From: an uncultured bacterium
GTDB lineage: Bacteria; Acidobacteriota; Thermoanaerobaculia; Multivoradales; JAHZIX01
Direction of reading: 5' to 3'
Length of the DNA: 64,000 nt
Assembly (NCBI GenBank): GCA_965368975.1
Contig: CBDUPA010000012.1
Span: 1 to 64,000 of the forward strand
Part shown: one piece after another, positions 44,155-55,500 of the stretch
How the letters are laid out: every line of letters starts with the position of its first letter
Position numbering within the stretch: position 1 is the first letter of the stretch
Notes under the pieces: model-generated
Databases searched by the model: none
What the model was told of the DNA's origin: nothing
Seen by the model: only the letters and a program-made list of their open reading frames with translations
Made by a program: the position numbers and the translations under genes

Positions 44155-46293
44155 CTACTTTGGGACGATTCCGGTCCGCCGCGCACCACTCTCAAAGATC
44201 GAGGACTGAGGGACTTCGGGCGGCCTTTCGCGGCACCGAGCCGCTTCGTCGAGGCTGCGCGACAGCTGATTCCACTGCAGGTAGACGAGAACCTGCCCCA
44301 GTCTTCCGAGCGCGTCGATCTTTTCCGAGTCCAGATGATCGTCGAGCGTTGATGTCGCTCGGAAGATGTCTAGATGCCTCATCAGCTCATGCCGTACCAG
44401 CGTCCGGAGCGCTACCGCCTCGCAGGTGCCAGCCAACAGATCCTTTTTGAGGTCGTTCGTGTCGGCGCACCGTTCCAGGCCTTGGCGTAGTGACCGCGAC
44501 CAGCGGTGATCGCGGATGCCATGACGCTCCCAGGTTTGCCGAAAGGATCGCGCTAGTGAGAGAGCATCCACTTCGGGCGCCTTGGGAGATGGCTCGGGTA
44601 GTAGGACGAGGATGCGTTCGAGTACGGCTGCCGGATAGCGCACCGGATCGAAGCTCACGCTCCACTCGCGACTCGGTCCCTCTTGTGGCTTGGTTTCAGG
44701 GCGGCGGTTGAATTGCATGTCGGGTGGCAGCAACATCTGGGACGGTGAGAATCGGGGTGGCCTCTGCCAGAGATACTGGCAGGCATCGCGCGAGATCTTG
44801 CCTGGGATCTGGATGTTCGCGACATCGAAGGCGCGCGGTAGCATCGACAAGAACCCCGGCTCTTCGAGCACGCCGATCACTGCCCCGCCATCGGACACCA
44901 GCACTGCATCGAGGTCCCAGGTCTTGGGCATGAACTCGCCGCTGGCTTCCCCGGCCGCCGGATCCTCTCTATTCGCTCCCGCCTGCGCTGAAGAGTTTGC
45001 CGCATTCAGCAGGTCCAGGCCGAGATTGTCGCGCACGCCTCCGTCCACCAGCAGAAGGTCGCGTGGACCGTGGTAAGTCGTCGTGGCCGGCGAGACACTC
45101 AGCCGGAATGGACGCGGCGGGAAGGCGAGCGGGAAGGCACCCGAGGTAGCGACGCGACGGGACAGGCTCCAGGTCTCGTCCGGGTCGTAGATGGGCCCTC
45201 GGTAGACTCTGGAACCTTGTGAGCCCAGAATAAGCAGGCCATCCGACAGCATGCCAACCTGGAAGCCATACTTCATGTCCGTGACCGCGATCATCAGGTG
45301 GGGTTGGCCGGGAGCCAGTTGAGCTGCCTGCTCGGGCGCCAGCAGCGCCTGCGTGTCGACATCGGCCAGCAGAACGTCGGCCAGCAGCGCCTCCTGCACA
45401 TCCAATCTGTCGAAGCGATACCAAGGGAAGAGTTCTACTTCCAACCCTGGTACTTTCATGGGTGTGGTCAGGCGGGTCGCGTTGTGGAACAACATCAACC
45501 TGTGCTTGAGGTCTAGGCGCCGGTCGCGCAGAGCCTGGACAAAGTCCTCCGGAGCCCCACCGCCAGCGTAGTAGCTGCCGATGATCGACCCGCCGGAGAC
45601 CGTACTCAGGTTCGAGACCCGGATGCCGAGATCTTCCAGCGCCTGCAGTACCCCCGCGTGGAGTGTGGCCGCTCGGTAGCCACCGCCGGACAACGCCAAG
45701 CCGATGCGCAGATCCTGCCAGCGCTCGGCCCGCTCTGGCATGATCGAGCGCTGCGGCCCGAGCGTCGCGAAGCGCGCAGGGTCTACCGGCATTGGTCGGC
45801 TCCACCAGCTGGACACCAACGAGACGAAGATCCAGGCCAGCAGTGCCCACACTGCTACGTCCAGATCTCGCCAAGCCCGCCCGAGTTCCGGCGCCTGTGG
45901 CCAGTGTCGCCGTCGCCAGCGCCCGAGCAGCTCGAACACTCCCCACGTCAGCCCGAGGGCGACCACCGCGCACAGCAGGTCGAGTCCCGTCCGCTGCCAG
46001 CTGTGGCGGGTCCCCGAGTAGACGATCCAGGCGAAGATCCCAGCCAACGCCATCGCAGCCAGGAAGTACACGGGGCCCGCTTTCCAGGCTTTGTACAGGA
46101 ATGCGAGGGTCAGCGCGGGCCGGACGACGTAGCACAGGTACCAAACGGTCAGTGCTCCGAGTCCACTCCAGCCGTGCTGCCAGATGGCCATGCCGGGCAA
46201 CCAGAACGCCAGCACTGCCACCAAGATGCCGAACAAACTGAGCCACCAGTCGCTGGCCTTGGAGGTCTTCGTTTTCTGCCGCACCTTGCTCAT
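44155..46293 (-). CDS. Membrane-anchored patatin-like phospholipase
   Basis: ATG 46293 after GAGGAG; about five N-terminal TM segments; LALSGGGYRA, TVSGGS nucleophile, LVDGGV. Confidence 0.85.
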   Translation of the reverse strand: MSKVRQKTKTSKASDWWLSLFGILVAVLAFWLPGMAIWQHGWSGLGALTVWYLCYVVRPALTLAFLYKAWKAGPVYFLAAMALAGIFAWIVYSGTRHSWQRTGLDLLCAVVALGLTWGVFELLGRWRRRHWPQAPELGRAWRDLDVAVWALLAWIFVSLVSSWWSRPMPVDPARFATLGPQRSIMPERAERWQDLRIGLALSGGGYRAATLHAGVLQALEDLGIRVSNLSTVSGGSIIGSYYAGGGAPEDFVQALRDRRLDLKHRLMLFHNATRLTTPMKVPGLEVELFPWYRFDRLDVQEALLADVLLADVDTQALLAPEQAAQLAPGQPHLMIAVTDMKYGFQVGMLSDGLLILGSQGSRVYRGPIYDPDETWSLSRRVATSGAFPLAFPPRPFRLSVSPATTTYHGPRDLLLVDGGVRDNLGLDLLNAANSSAQAGANREDPAAGEASGEFMPKTWDLDAVLVSDGGAVIGVLEEPGFLSMLPRAFDVANIQIPGKISRDACQYLWQRPPRFSPSQMLLPPDMQFNRRPETKPQEGPSREWSVSFDPVRYPAAVLERILVLLPEPSPKAPEVDALSLARSFRQTWERHGIRDHRWSRSLRQGLERCADTNDLKKDLLAGTCEAVALRTLVRHELMRHLDIFRATSTLDDHLDSEKIDALGRLGQVLVYLQWNQLSRSLDEAARCRERPPEVPQSSIFESGARRTGIVPK

Positions 46294-46549
46294 GATCCAT
46301 CTCCTCGCAGTGCATGGGTATTGCTGCACATAGAGGGACACCAAGCTCGGAACTGGCCCGAGCGCCATCAACGCACCACCCGCCACATTCGCCCACGGTC
46401 CAGCGATGGAGCAGCCGAACAGGCCGATGCCGGCGCTTGCGCGGCGTCCGGCGCGAGGCGCCTGAATCAGTTGTGATGTTTGCAGGATAGCGTAAGCGCT
46501 CGCCCGTCAACCAGTCTCATGGATTCTCGGGATGCGCTGTACGACCGCG

Positions 46550-47218
46550 TCAGCTCACTTCGACGAACCGCCCCTGCTGCCCGTCGTACTTGACGGTAAT
46601 CGACATCACGGAGTTGCTGAAGTCTAGCGTCGTTGCCTGACTGGTGATCACGCCACCGCTCGAGGCCGCGGCTGCTGTGGCGATGCTCGGAATCTCGATG
46701 ATCTGGCCAGCGGTGACATCGGTACTGAGGAAGATTGTGACCTGGTCTTCGGGCTCGAAAATGACGAGGTTCTGGTTGGGTACCGTCGACGCGTTGAGTA
46801 GAGCCCGGCTATAGGCGTTACCGTTGGCCTGGACCGGCTGTGTCATACCGAAGGTCGTCGTCGAGCCGAATTGGTTCAAGACCTTGTACTGGTTTTGCTG
46901 CAAGCTTGGATCCGCCGTCGGGCCCTGGAACGTTCCGTTCTCGAGGAACGTGTACTGCGATGCGGACTGAGCGTCGTCCTGGAAGGCCTCGGAGCGAATG
47001 ATAACGCCGCCGGAATCCTGTTGCTGAGAAGCGTAGAGCCCGTAAGGTTGTGCCGCCCATTCGATGGCATTGCTCTCAAACGGTGTGACGGCGACCCAGG
47101 CGACGTTGGCGGGACCTTGGGGTGCGAAGGACTTCACCAGCACGATCTTCTGGCCGATCTCGCTGATGGTGGTGAGGTCCGTGGTGTCGATGATGGCGGT
47201 CAGCTGGAAGTCAGGCAT
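46550..47218 (-). CDS. Hypothetical beta-rich protein (222 aa)
   Basis: Clean ORF with protein-like composition, unlike the Arg/Ala-rich shadow frames; no recognised motif. Confidence 0.7.
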   Translation of the reverse strand: MPDFQLTAIIDTTDLTTISEIGQKIVLVKSFAPQGPANVAWVAVTPFESNAIEWAAQPYGLYASQQQDSGGVIIRSEAFQDDAQSASQYTFLENGTFQGPTADPSLQQNQYKVLNQFGSTTTFGMTQPVQANGNAYSRALLNASTVPNQNLVIFEPEDQVTIFLSTDVTAGQIIEIPSIATAAAASSGGVITSQATTLDFSNSVMSITVKYDGQQGRFVEVS

Positions 47219-47467
47219 TGTGCGTCCCCCTGTGCGGATGGATAGGTAGTCGATTTGCCAGTGACGCTACCACGATGCACACCGCCGTCTGGTCATCCTC
47301 GGGAGGCTCCAGAGCAAGGCAGGACTATCAAACCGTCGGAAGTTCCATGGGGAAACGTTGTCTGATCCCGACCGCAGCTGCGCCTTCACGTGCAAGCGTG
47401 GATCTTTGAGATAAGGTCTGACCCATCGAACACGCTTCAAGCGCAGACTCGCCGAGCCGGAGATCCC

Positions 47468-49474
47468 ATGCCTGACCACAGCTATTTCGAGAACCTGATC
47501 TGGGACATTGCCGACCTGCTGCGCGGCCCCTACCGGCCGCCGCAGTACGAGCGCGTCATGCTGCCGCTGACGGTGCTGCGGCGCTTCGACTGCGTGCTGG
47601 CACCGACCAAAGACGCCGTGCTCGACGACTATGCCCGGCGCAACCCCAAGCTCAACGACGACGCCCTCGACCGCGTGCTCAACCGCGCCGCCGGTCAGCG
47701 CTTCCACAACCGCTCGGATCTCGACTTCAGCAAGCTCAAGGGCGATGCCGATCACGTCGAGCAGCACTTGGTGAGCTACATCCAGGGCTTCTCGGCCAAC
47801 GTGCGGCGGATCTTCGAGTTCTTCGAGTTCGAGGCCGAGATCGAGAAGATGCAGGACGCGAATGTTCTGTACCTGGTGATCTCGCGCTTCGCCGACGTCG
47901 ACCTACACCCGGACCGCGTGCCCAACGCCGAGATGGGACGCATCTTCGAGAACCTGATCCGGCGCTTCAACGAACTGGCCAATGAGACAGCCGGTGATCA
48001 CTTCACGCCGCGCGAAGTGATCCGCCTGATGGTGCACCTGCTGTTCCAGGACGACGACGACCTGCTCGCCACCCCCGGCACCGTGCGCAAACTGCTCGAC
48101 CCGGCCTGCGGCACCGGCGGCATGCTGGCCGAGGCGCAGAACTACCTGCGCGAGCACCACCGAGAGGCTCGCCTGTTCGTGTTCGGCCAGGACTACAACA
48201 AGCGCGCCTACGCCACCGCTGCCGCCGACATGTTGATGAAAGACGTGGACCAGAACGGCGGTAGCAACAACATCCGCTTCGGCGACATCTTCCTCGACGA
48301 TCAATTCACCGAGCCGCCCTACGACCGCTTCGACTACCTGCTGGCCAATCCGCCGTTCGGCGTCGACTGGAAGAAGCAGAAGAAAGACATCCAGCGCGAG
48401 CACGAGAAACTCGGCTTCGACGGCCGCTTCGGCGCCGGCACGCCGCGCGTCAACGATGGTTCGCTGCTCTTCGTGCAGCACATGATCAGCAAGTTCGAGC
48501 CGGTCGAGCCCGAGCAGCACAAACACGGCTCGCGCATGGCCGTCGTGCTCTCCGGCTCCCCTCTGTTCACCGGCGGCGCCGGCTCCGGCGAGAGCGAGAT
48601 CCGGCGCTGGATCCTGGAGAACGATTGGCTCGACGCGATCGTCGCCTTGCCCGAGCAGATGTTCTACAACACCGGCATCGGCACCTACGTGTGGCTGATC
48701 ACCAACCGCAAAGAGCCGCGCCGCCAGGGCAAAGTACAGCTGCTCGACGCCCGCGACAGCTGGGTGCCCATGCGTCGCAGCCTGGGCGACAAGCGGCGCA
48801 AGCTGGGCGAAGGCGAGGGCGGCGAGCCGGACCAGATCCGGGACATCGTGCGCCTCTACGGCGCTTTCGAGGAAGGGGAGCACAGCAAGATCTTCGACAA
48901 CGAAGACTTAGGCTTCACCCGCGTCACCGTCGAGCGACCGTTGCGCCTGCGCTTTCAGTTCGGGGGCGAAGCTGGGCTAGAAGATAAGGCCCGCTTCCTC
49001 GACGCCTGCCCGCGCTTGCTGGACGACATCCAAGCTCTCGAAGCCGAACTCGACCCCGGCCCACAGCTGGACTGGAACGCCACCTGGAAGCGCATCCGGA
49101 AGATCCTGCGCGCTCGCGGTTCGAGGTGGAAGAAGGGCGAGATCAAGCTGTTCCGGGACGTCTTCACCGTCGTAGACCCGGAAGCCGAGCCGGTGGCGGC
49201 GGAGAAGGGCAAGGGCTTCGAGCCGGATTCGAACTTGCGGGATACCGAGAACGTGCCGCTGAAGGTGGATGTGGACGAGTACTTCCGCACCGAAGTGCAG
49301 CCCTACGTGCCGGACGCCTGGATGGACCGCGACAAAGATCGCGTGGGCTACGAGATCAACTTCAATCGCTACTTCTACGTCTACACCCCGCCGCGTCCGC
49401 TGGCGGAGATCGATGCGGATCTGCAGCAAGCGGAGGAGAAGATCTTGCGGTTGTTGCGGGAGGTGACTTCGTGA
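47468..49474 (+). CDS. hsdM: Type I restriction-modification methyltransferase subunit M
   Basis: IWDIADLLRGPY, AGDHFTPREVI, DPACGTGGM, NPPF, MFYNTGIGTY; ATG 47468. Confidence 0.95.
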   Translation: MPDHSYFENLIWDIADLLRGPYRPPQYERVMLPLTVLRRFDCVLAPTKDAVLDDYARRNPKLNDDALDRVLNRAAGQRFHNRSDLDFSKLKGDADHVEQHLVSYIQGFSANVRRIFEFFEFEAEIEKMQDANVLYLVISRFADVDLHPDRVPNAEMGRIFENLIRRFNELANETAGDHFTPREVIRLMVHLLFQDDDDLLATPGTVRKLLDPACGTGGMLAEAQNYLREHHREARLFVFGQDYNKRAYATAAADMLMKDVDQNGGSNNIRFGDIFLDDQFTEPPYDRFDYLLANPPFGVDWKKQKKDIQREHEKLGFDGRFGAGTPRVNDGSLLFVQHMISKFEPVEPEQHKHGSRMAVVLSGSPLFTGGAGSGESEIRRWILENDWLDAIVALPEQMFYNTGIGTYVWLITNRKEPRRQGKVQLLDARDSWVPMRRSLGDKRRKLGEGEGGEPDQIRDIVRLYGAFEEGEHSKIFDNEDLGFTRVTVERPLRLRFQFGGEAGLEDKARFLDACPRLLDDIQALEAELDPGPQLDWNATWKRIRKILRARGSRWKKGEIKLFRDVFTVVDPEAEPVAAEKGKGFEPDSNLRDTENVPLKVDVDEYFRTEVQPYVPDAWMDRDKDRVGYEINFNRYFYVYTPPRPLAEIDADLQQAEEKILRLLREVTS

Positions 49475-50775
49475 CCTGGCAATCCTGGAGGGAGGATGTT
49501 CCCGCAGACTGGCAGGTAGTGCCCTTACGCGCAGTTGCTGCCTACCGTGTCAGCAACGTCGACAAGCTCAAGAAGGAGGATGAGTTACCTGTAAGGCTAT
49601 GTAACTACGTGGACGTCTACCACAATGAATTCATTGACCTCGGGCTCGATTTCATGGAGGCGACTGCGACTCCTGAAGAGATTCAGAGATTCAAAGTACG
49701 TCGAGGTGACGTGATCATCACCAAGGATTCCGAGTCTTGGGACGATATTGCCGTCCCTGCTTTGGTGCGTGAGTCGGCAAGAGACTTGGTTTGTGGCTAC
49801 CATTTGGCTCAGATTCGGCCACGAGCAGACCGGCTGGATGGTGCGTTTCTGTTCAGATGTTTGCAGGCCAAGCCGATCCGACTGTCTCTGGAACTGGCAG
49901 CGAATGGCGTGACGAGATTCGGTCTGCCAAAGAGTGCAATCGGAGACACAGCTCTACCAGTTCCACCCCTCGCCAGCCAGCGCGCCATCGCCGACTTCCT
50001 GGACACCGAAACCGCCCACATCGACGCCCTGATCGCCGCCAAGCAAGACCTGCTCGACCTGCTGGCCGAAAAGCGCCGCGCCCTGATCATCGAAGCCGTC
50101 ACGCGGGGGCTCGATCCGGATGTGCCGATGAAGGACTCGGGGGTGCCGTGGTTGGGGGAGATTCCGGCGCATTGGGTCGTGGAAAAGGCTAGGTGGCTCT
50201 TCAGACTTAAGGAAGTTCGGTCGAACTCTGGAGAGGAAGAGCTTCTAACTGTTTCTCATATTACAGGGGTTACCCCTAGATCCGAGAAAGAGGTAAATAT
50301 GTTTGAAGCTGCGTCTACGGTTGGTTATAAAGTCTGTAACCCAGGGGATTTGGTGATCAATACGATGTGGGCTTGGATGGGGGCCATGGGTGTTGCCCCA
50401 TGCTTGGGCATCGTTAGCCCGTCCTACCATGTGTATGAAGTCGGCCCCAACTTTATTCCGGGCTATATTGATGAACTCGTCCGAACTCAGAACTTTGCGG
50501 ATGAAGTAGCGCGCTATTCCAAGGGGGTTTGGTCCTCACGCCTTCGCCTCTATCCAGAAGGCTTTCTTGGCGTCCACTTTCCCGTACCCCCTGTAGATGA
50601 ACAGTTTTCAATCTTAGAGAGCTTACGGGATGAGTTGTCGCGTATCGATAGGCTAAGTGCGGCGGTATCAGGCAGTCTGACTTTTCTCCAAGAACGCCGC
50701 GAAGCCCTCATCGCCGCCGCCGTCAACGGCCAGCTCGACCTGGGAGACTTCGAAGCCGAGGCGAACCCGGCCTGA
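49471..50775 (+). CDS. hsdS: Type I RM specificity subunit S
   Basis: GTGA overlap with the hsdM stop; two TRDs separated by PPLASQRAIADFLD...AVTRGLDPDVPMKDSGVPWLGEIPAHW; terminal ALIAAAVNGQLD. Confidence 0.93.
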   Translation: MTWQSWREDVPADWQVVPLRAVAAYRVSNVDKLKKEDELPVRLCNYVDVYHNEFIDLGLDFMEATATPEEIQRFKVRRGDVIITKDSESWDDIAVPALVRESARDLVCGYHLAQIRPRADRLDGAFLFRCLQAKPIRLSLELAANGVTRFGLPKSAIGDTALPVPPLASQRAIADFLDTETAHIDALIAAKQDLLDLLAEKRRALIIEAVTRGLDPDVPMKDSGVPWLGEIPAHWVVEKARWLFRLKEVRSNSGEEELLTVSHITGVTPRSEKEVNMFEAASTVGYKVCNPGDLVINTMWAWMGAMGVAPCLGIVSPSYHVYEVGPNFIPGYIDELVRTQNFADEVARYSKGVWSSRLRLYPEGFLGVHFPVPPVDEQFSILESLRDELSRIDRLSAAVSGSLTFLQERREALIAAAVNGQLDLGDFEAEANPA

Positions 50776-50805
50776 CGCAGTCGCGACCGCGCCGAGCCGA
50801 CAGCC

Positions 50806-51285
50806 TCAGCGCCGCAGCACCCAGACGGCGGCGCCTGCCAGGGCGAGGGCGAAGAGCGTCCAGGTGAGGGGGGAGAAGGGAATGGCGGGAGCGTGGCCGA
50901 TGAGGAACTGTGCGCTGCCGACGGTGCGCGGAGCCGGGTTCGAATCGACGTGGATGGCTTCGAAGTCATAGAGGCCTGCGGGAATGCCTGGAACGGTCGT
51001 CCGATATTGCCGGGGCGCGGGGTCTGGAGCGATGAAAATACAGTGGCAGTTGATGTCGAGTCGTACTTCGGCAGCGGAGACCACGAGGTCCTCTGCTGTA
51101 GTACATCCCACACTGCTCACTTCGTAGTCCACCACCAGCTCGAATTCCATCTCGGCCTCTGGGAGGCTGGGAACAGTAGAGACGCTGAAGTCGCCGAAGA
51201 AGCAAGCAGCGGCCGGGTTGGCCCCAGCTAGCAACACCAGGGTCAGCAGGCCTGCTAGTTGTATCGTCTTCTCTCGCTTCCGCAT
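50806..51285 (-). CDS. Secreted hypothetical protein with an IPTL-CTERM-like C-terminal anchor
   Basis: Signal peptide (LLTLVLLAGANPAAA); C-terminus AIPFSPLTWTLFALALAGAAVWVLRR. Confidence 0.65.
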   Translation of the reverse strand: MRKREKTIQLAGLLTLVLLAGANPAAACFFGDFSVSTVPSLPEAEMEFELVVDYEVSSVGCTTAEDLVVSAAEVRLDINCHCIFIAPDPAPRQYRTTVPGIPAGLYDFEAIHVDSNPAPRTVGSAQFLIGHAPAIPFSPLTWTLFALALAGAAVWVLRR

Positions 51286-51469
51286 CACTCTTTCTCTTTC
51301 CTTCTGGCCGCACTCAATTCAATTCCTGGACTACTAGCCACTGTAACAGGTCACCCTGCTCGAGACGTCCAAAAACATCGGCTCTAGCAGACCCAGGCAA
51401 GGGCCATCGACCGGGAGAGATTCGGTGAGTCTGATGCCTCACCGGCCAGCTTGCAGTAAAGTCGAATGG

Positions 51470-52567
51470 ATGACTCGAGACGAATTAGAAACCCTACGCG
51501 AAGGATGGGACTTCGAGGCCGAGCGGGCAGGTGGCCGTAGTGGTGGAGGTGAGCTTCCGGCTTCGCTGTGGGAAACCTACAGCGCCATGGCTGTGAGTGA
51601 GCCGCGCAATCCGGCGCTGCAGCGGTTGTTCGAGCTTCTCCGCCTGGGTGAGCGTGAAGGTTCGGGTGGGCCGACCATGCGTCGTGTCTGGCGGGAGCAG
51701 CACTGGCGAGCGCCGAGAATTTGGGAAGATGTGGAGAACAATGAAACTCATCTCCAACCGCCGCTCGAGAGTCTCCTGCCGGAGGTGGCGGTCGAGGCTC
51801 TGGTGGAGCGTTGGGGAGATGACTTCAAAGGGCAAGACGAACTCGGGCGCATCATTCTCGTCACGGCCGAGGCCGAAGGGAGTACCAGTCATGGGCGCAT
51901 CCGGGAGCTGAGCGACGCACACCCTCATGACATCACACAGAAGCTGCGGGAGTTGGTCCGGTCAGGAATGCTGGAGTCACAGGGCCGGACCAGGAACATG
52001 ACCTACTGGCCCAAGTCCTCTTCGAGAAGAAAATTGACGACTGCGTCTCTTTTCCCTTCGAATCTGAGTCTGCCCCTGGAAGACGCCAGCTCTACCCAAA
52101 GCAGTTCGAGCTCTACCCAAAGCGGTTTGAACTCTACCCAAAGTGGCTCACGCCTACCCCAAAGCCTACCCCAAAGTGGCTCAAGCCCCTCCCAAAGTAG
52201 CTCGAGGTACCGGCAGAACTTGGTGGACGATTCACGGCCGCAGCTGAGCCAGGACTCGCACCAGGCCGAGCCGGATGCTGGCAGAGAGTACGAGGTGGCA
52301 CGTCCTGATCCTGTAGCGGAAGTTGCTACGAGTGGCTGGGCGCCGGCCAGTAAGGTTCGCTCTGCCATTCTGACGCTGTGTAAGCAGGGTTTTCAGTCTG
52401 CAAGCGAGCTTGCAAGCAATCTGAACCGAGAGGCCAAGACGCTGCGGCAGAACTATTTGTCGAAGATGTACGCTGAAGGGAAGCTCGAGGTTCTCTATCC
52501 GGAAACCCCGAGTCATCCAGAGCAGAAGTACCGGGCAGTCCAGTCGCCAGAGACCAACAAACCATGA
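51470..52567 (+). pseudogene. Schlafen/AlbA_2 - HATPase_c_4 - wHTH protein with a large in-frame internal deletion
   Basis: AlbA_2 start (LREGWDFEAERA..GELPASLWETYSAMA) is joined directly to the HATPase_c_4 motif (SEPRNPALQRLF..LGEREGSG). C-terminus YPETPSHPEQKY. ATGA overlap with hsdR. Confidence 0.65.
52088..52206 (+). repeat. ~21-bp degenerate in-frame repeat (SSTQS/LPQS) in the linker
   Basis: ctctacccaaag x3, then ctaccccaaag x2 and ctcccaaag. Confidence 0.8.
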
Positions 52568-55500
52568 CCCGCCACACTGAAGCCGCCTTCGAGGCCGTGA
52601 TCGAAAAGAACTTCCTCGACCACGGCTATGCCGAGATTCCGCCCGGCCCCGATAGCTACGACGCCGAAATCGCACTGTTCCCGCGCGTCGTCCTCGACTT
52701 CATCCAGGACACCCAGCCCACCACCTGGTCCAAGCTGCAAGCCCTGCACGGCGACAAGACCGGCAAGCAAGTCCTCGACGCGCTGGTCAAGTGGTTGCGC
52801 GACCATGGCGCTCTGTCGACACTGCGCCACGGCTTCAAGTGCTACGGCAAGAAGCTGCGCCTGGCGTATTTCAAGGCCGCCCACGGCATGAACCCGCAGC
52901 TCGAAGAGCTGTACGCCAAGAACCGGGTGGGCGTGACGCGGCAGTTGCGCTACTCGGCGCGATCGCGGGACTCGCTGGACATGGTGCTGAGCGTCAATGG
53001 CTTGCCGCTGGTCACCCTGGAACTGAAGAATCCGCTCACCGGCCAGGGCTTCGAAGACGCCAAGACGCAATACAAGCGTGATCGAGATCCGCGCGAGCTG
53101 ATCTTCGAGTTCCAGCGTCGCACCCTGGTGCACTTCGCAGTCGACACCGAGCAGGTGGCCATGGCCACCCGGCTGGCGCGCGAAGCGACGTATTTTCTGC
53201 CCTTCAACAAAGGGCACGACGGCGGCGCTGGGAACCCTCCGAACTCCCGGGACTATCGCACCGCCTACCTGTGGCGGGACGTGCTGCAGCGCGATTCTCT
53301 GCTCGACCTGCTGGCCCGCTTCATCCACCTGCAGGTCGACGAGAAGCGCGACGACGCCGGGTGCAAGGTGAAGAAGGAAACCATGATCTTCCCGCGCTAC
53401 CACCAGCTGCGAGCGGTGCGCAAGTTGGTGCGGCTGGCGCGCGAGGAGGGGGTGGGGCACAACTATCTGGTGGAGCACTCAGCGGGCAGCGGCAAGAGCA
53501 ACACCATCGCATGGCTCAGCCATCGCCTGGCGTCGCTCCACGACGTGCAGGACGAACGAGTGTTCGACAGCGTCATCGTGGTCACCGATCGACGCGTGCT
53601 CGATCGCCAGCTGCAGGACACCATCTACCAGTTCGAACACAAGCGCGGTGTGGTGCAGAAGATCGACCGCGACTCGAGGCAGCTGGCCGAGGCGCTGGAG
53701 TCGGCGGTGCCGATCATCATCACCACGCTGCAGAAGTTCCCTTTCGTGTCCAAGAAGCTGGTCGAGCTGGCCGAGAAGCGCGGCGAAGCGGCTAGCGGTG
53801 TGTTGCCGACGCGGCGCTGCGCGGTGGTGATCGATGAGGCGCACAGCTCGCAGGGCGGCGACGCGGCGACCGACCTGCGCGAGGTCCTGGGTGGCGAGCA
53901 GCTGCGAACCGAGGCGCGGCGGGCGGCGAGGGAGGAGGTCGAAGAGGGGGTCGAGTCAGAAGCAGGGCTGGATTCGCAGGCGATGGAAGAGCTGTTCCGC
54001 AGCATGGCCAAGCGCGGCCGTCAGGCCAATCTCTGCTTCTTCGCCTTCACCGCCACGCCCAAGCACAAGACGCTGAAGGTCTTCGGCCGCGACGGCGAGC
54101 CGGTGGACCGCTACACTATGCGCCAGGCGATCGAGGAGGAATTCATTCTCGACGTGCTTCAGCACTACACCACCTACAAGACCTACTACGGCCTGCTCAA
54201 GGCGTCCGAGGACGATCCCGAGGTCGAGCGCAAGAAGGCGGCGCGGGCGCTGGCGCGCTTCCTGAAACTGCATCCGCACAACATCGCGCAGAAGACGGCG
54301 ATCATGGTGGAGCACTTCGAGAAGTCCACCCGGCACAGGATCGGTGGCCGCGCCAAGGCCATGGTGGTCACCGGTTCGCGACTCGAGGCGGTGCGCTACA
54401 AACAGCACTTCGACAAGTACATCCGCGCCAAGAACTACGCCATCCAGAGCCTGGTGGCGTTCTCCGGCACGGTGGTGGACGATGTCGACGAGAGCGTCAC
54501 CTACACCGAGGAATCGATGAACTTCGGCGTGCGCGACAAGGAACTGCCCGAGGTCTTCGCGACGCCCGAGTTCCAGGTGCTGCTGGTGGCCGAGAAGTAC
54601 CAGACCGGCTTCGACCAGCCGCTGCTGCACACCATGTTCGTGGACAAGCGGCTGGCCGGCATCCAGGCGGTGCAGACCCTGTCGCGCCTGAACAGGACGC
54701 ACCCGTTGAAGGAAGACACCTTCGTGCTCGACTTCGTCAACGAGCGCGACGACATCCGCGCCGCCTTCAAGCAGTTTTACGAGGGTGCCCTGCTCGGCGA
54801 CGAGGTGGAGCCGGAGCGCATGTACCAGCTGAAGGCGGAGCTGGACGCCTCGGGCATCTACCTGCACGAGGAGTTGGACGCCTTCTGCGCCGTCTACTTC
54901 AAGTCCAAGCGGCGCCAGAGCGAGAAGGACCACAAAGCGATCAACGCGGCGCTTGGGCTGGCGGTGGGCCGCTTCGAGGGGTTCTACCGGGAGGAAGAAG
55001 AGGAGGCCGAGATCTGGCGCGGCAAGCTGGGGGCGTTCTGCAACCTCTACGCCTTCCTGAGCCAGGTGATCCCGTACCAGGACTCGGACCTGGAGAAGAC
55101 CTACGTCTTCCTGCGTCACCTGTCGTCCAAGTTGCCGCGCCGCGCTGCCGGGCCGGCTTACCAGTTCGACGACGAGGTGCGCCTGGAGTACTACCGGCTG
55201 CAGAAGATCGCCGAGGGTTCGATCTCGCTGAGCGAAGGCGAAGCGGCGCCCCTGGACGGGCCGTCCGAGGTGGGCAGCGGCCTGCCACGGCGCGAGGACG
55301 TGCCGCTGTCGCGCCTGATCGACGTGCTCAACGAGCGCTTCGGCACCGATTTCAACGAAGCCGACCAGCTGTTCTTCGAGCAGATCGAAGAGACCGCCGC
55401 CGGCGATGAGCACCTGCGGCAGGCCGCCGTGGTCAATCCGCAGGACAAATTCGAGCTGGTATTTCAGCAGCGCGTCGAGGGTCTGTTCGAGGAGCGCATG

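Noticed and set aside
44969-46510. 513-aa alternative-frame ORF with a Cys-containing N-terminal part upstream of the patatin
   Set aside because: Mostly out-of-frame overlap with the patatin gene, Arg/Ala-rich, with no convincing RBS or motif.
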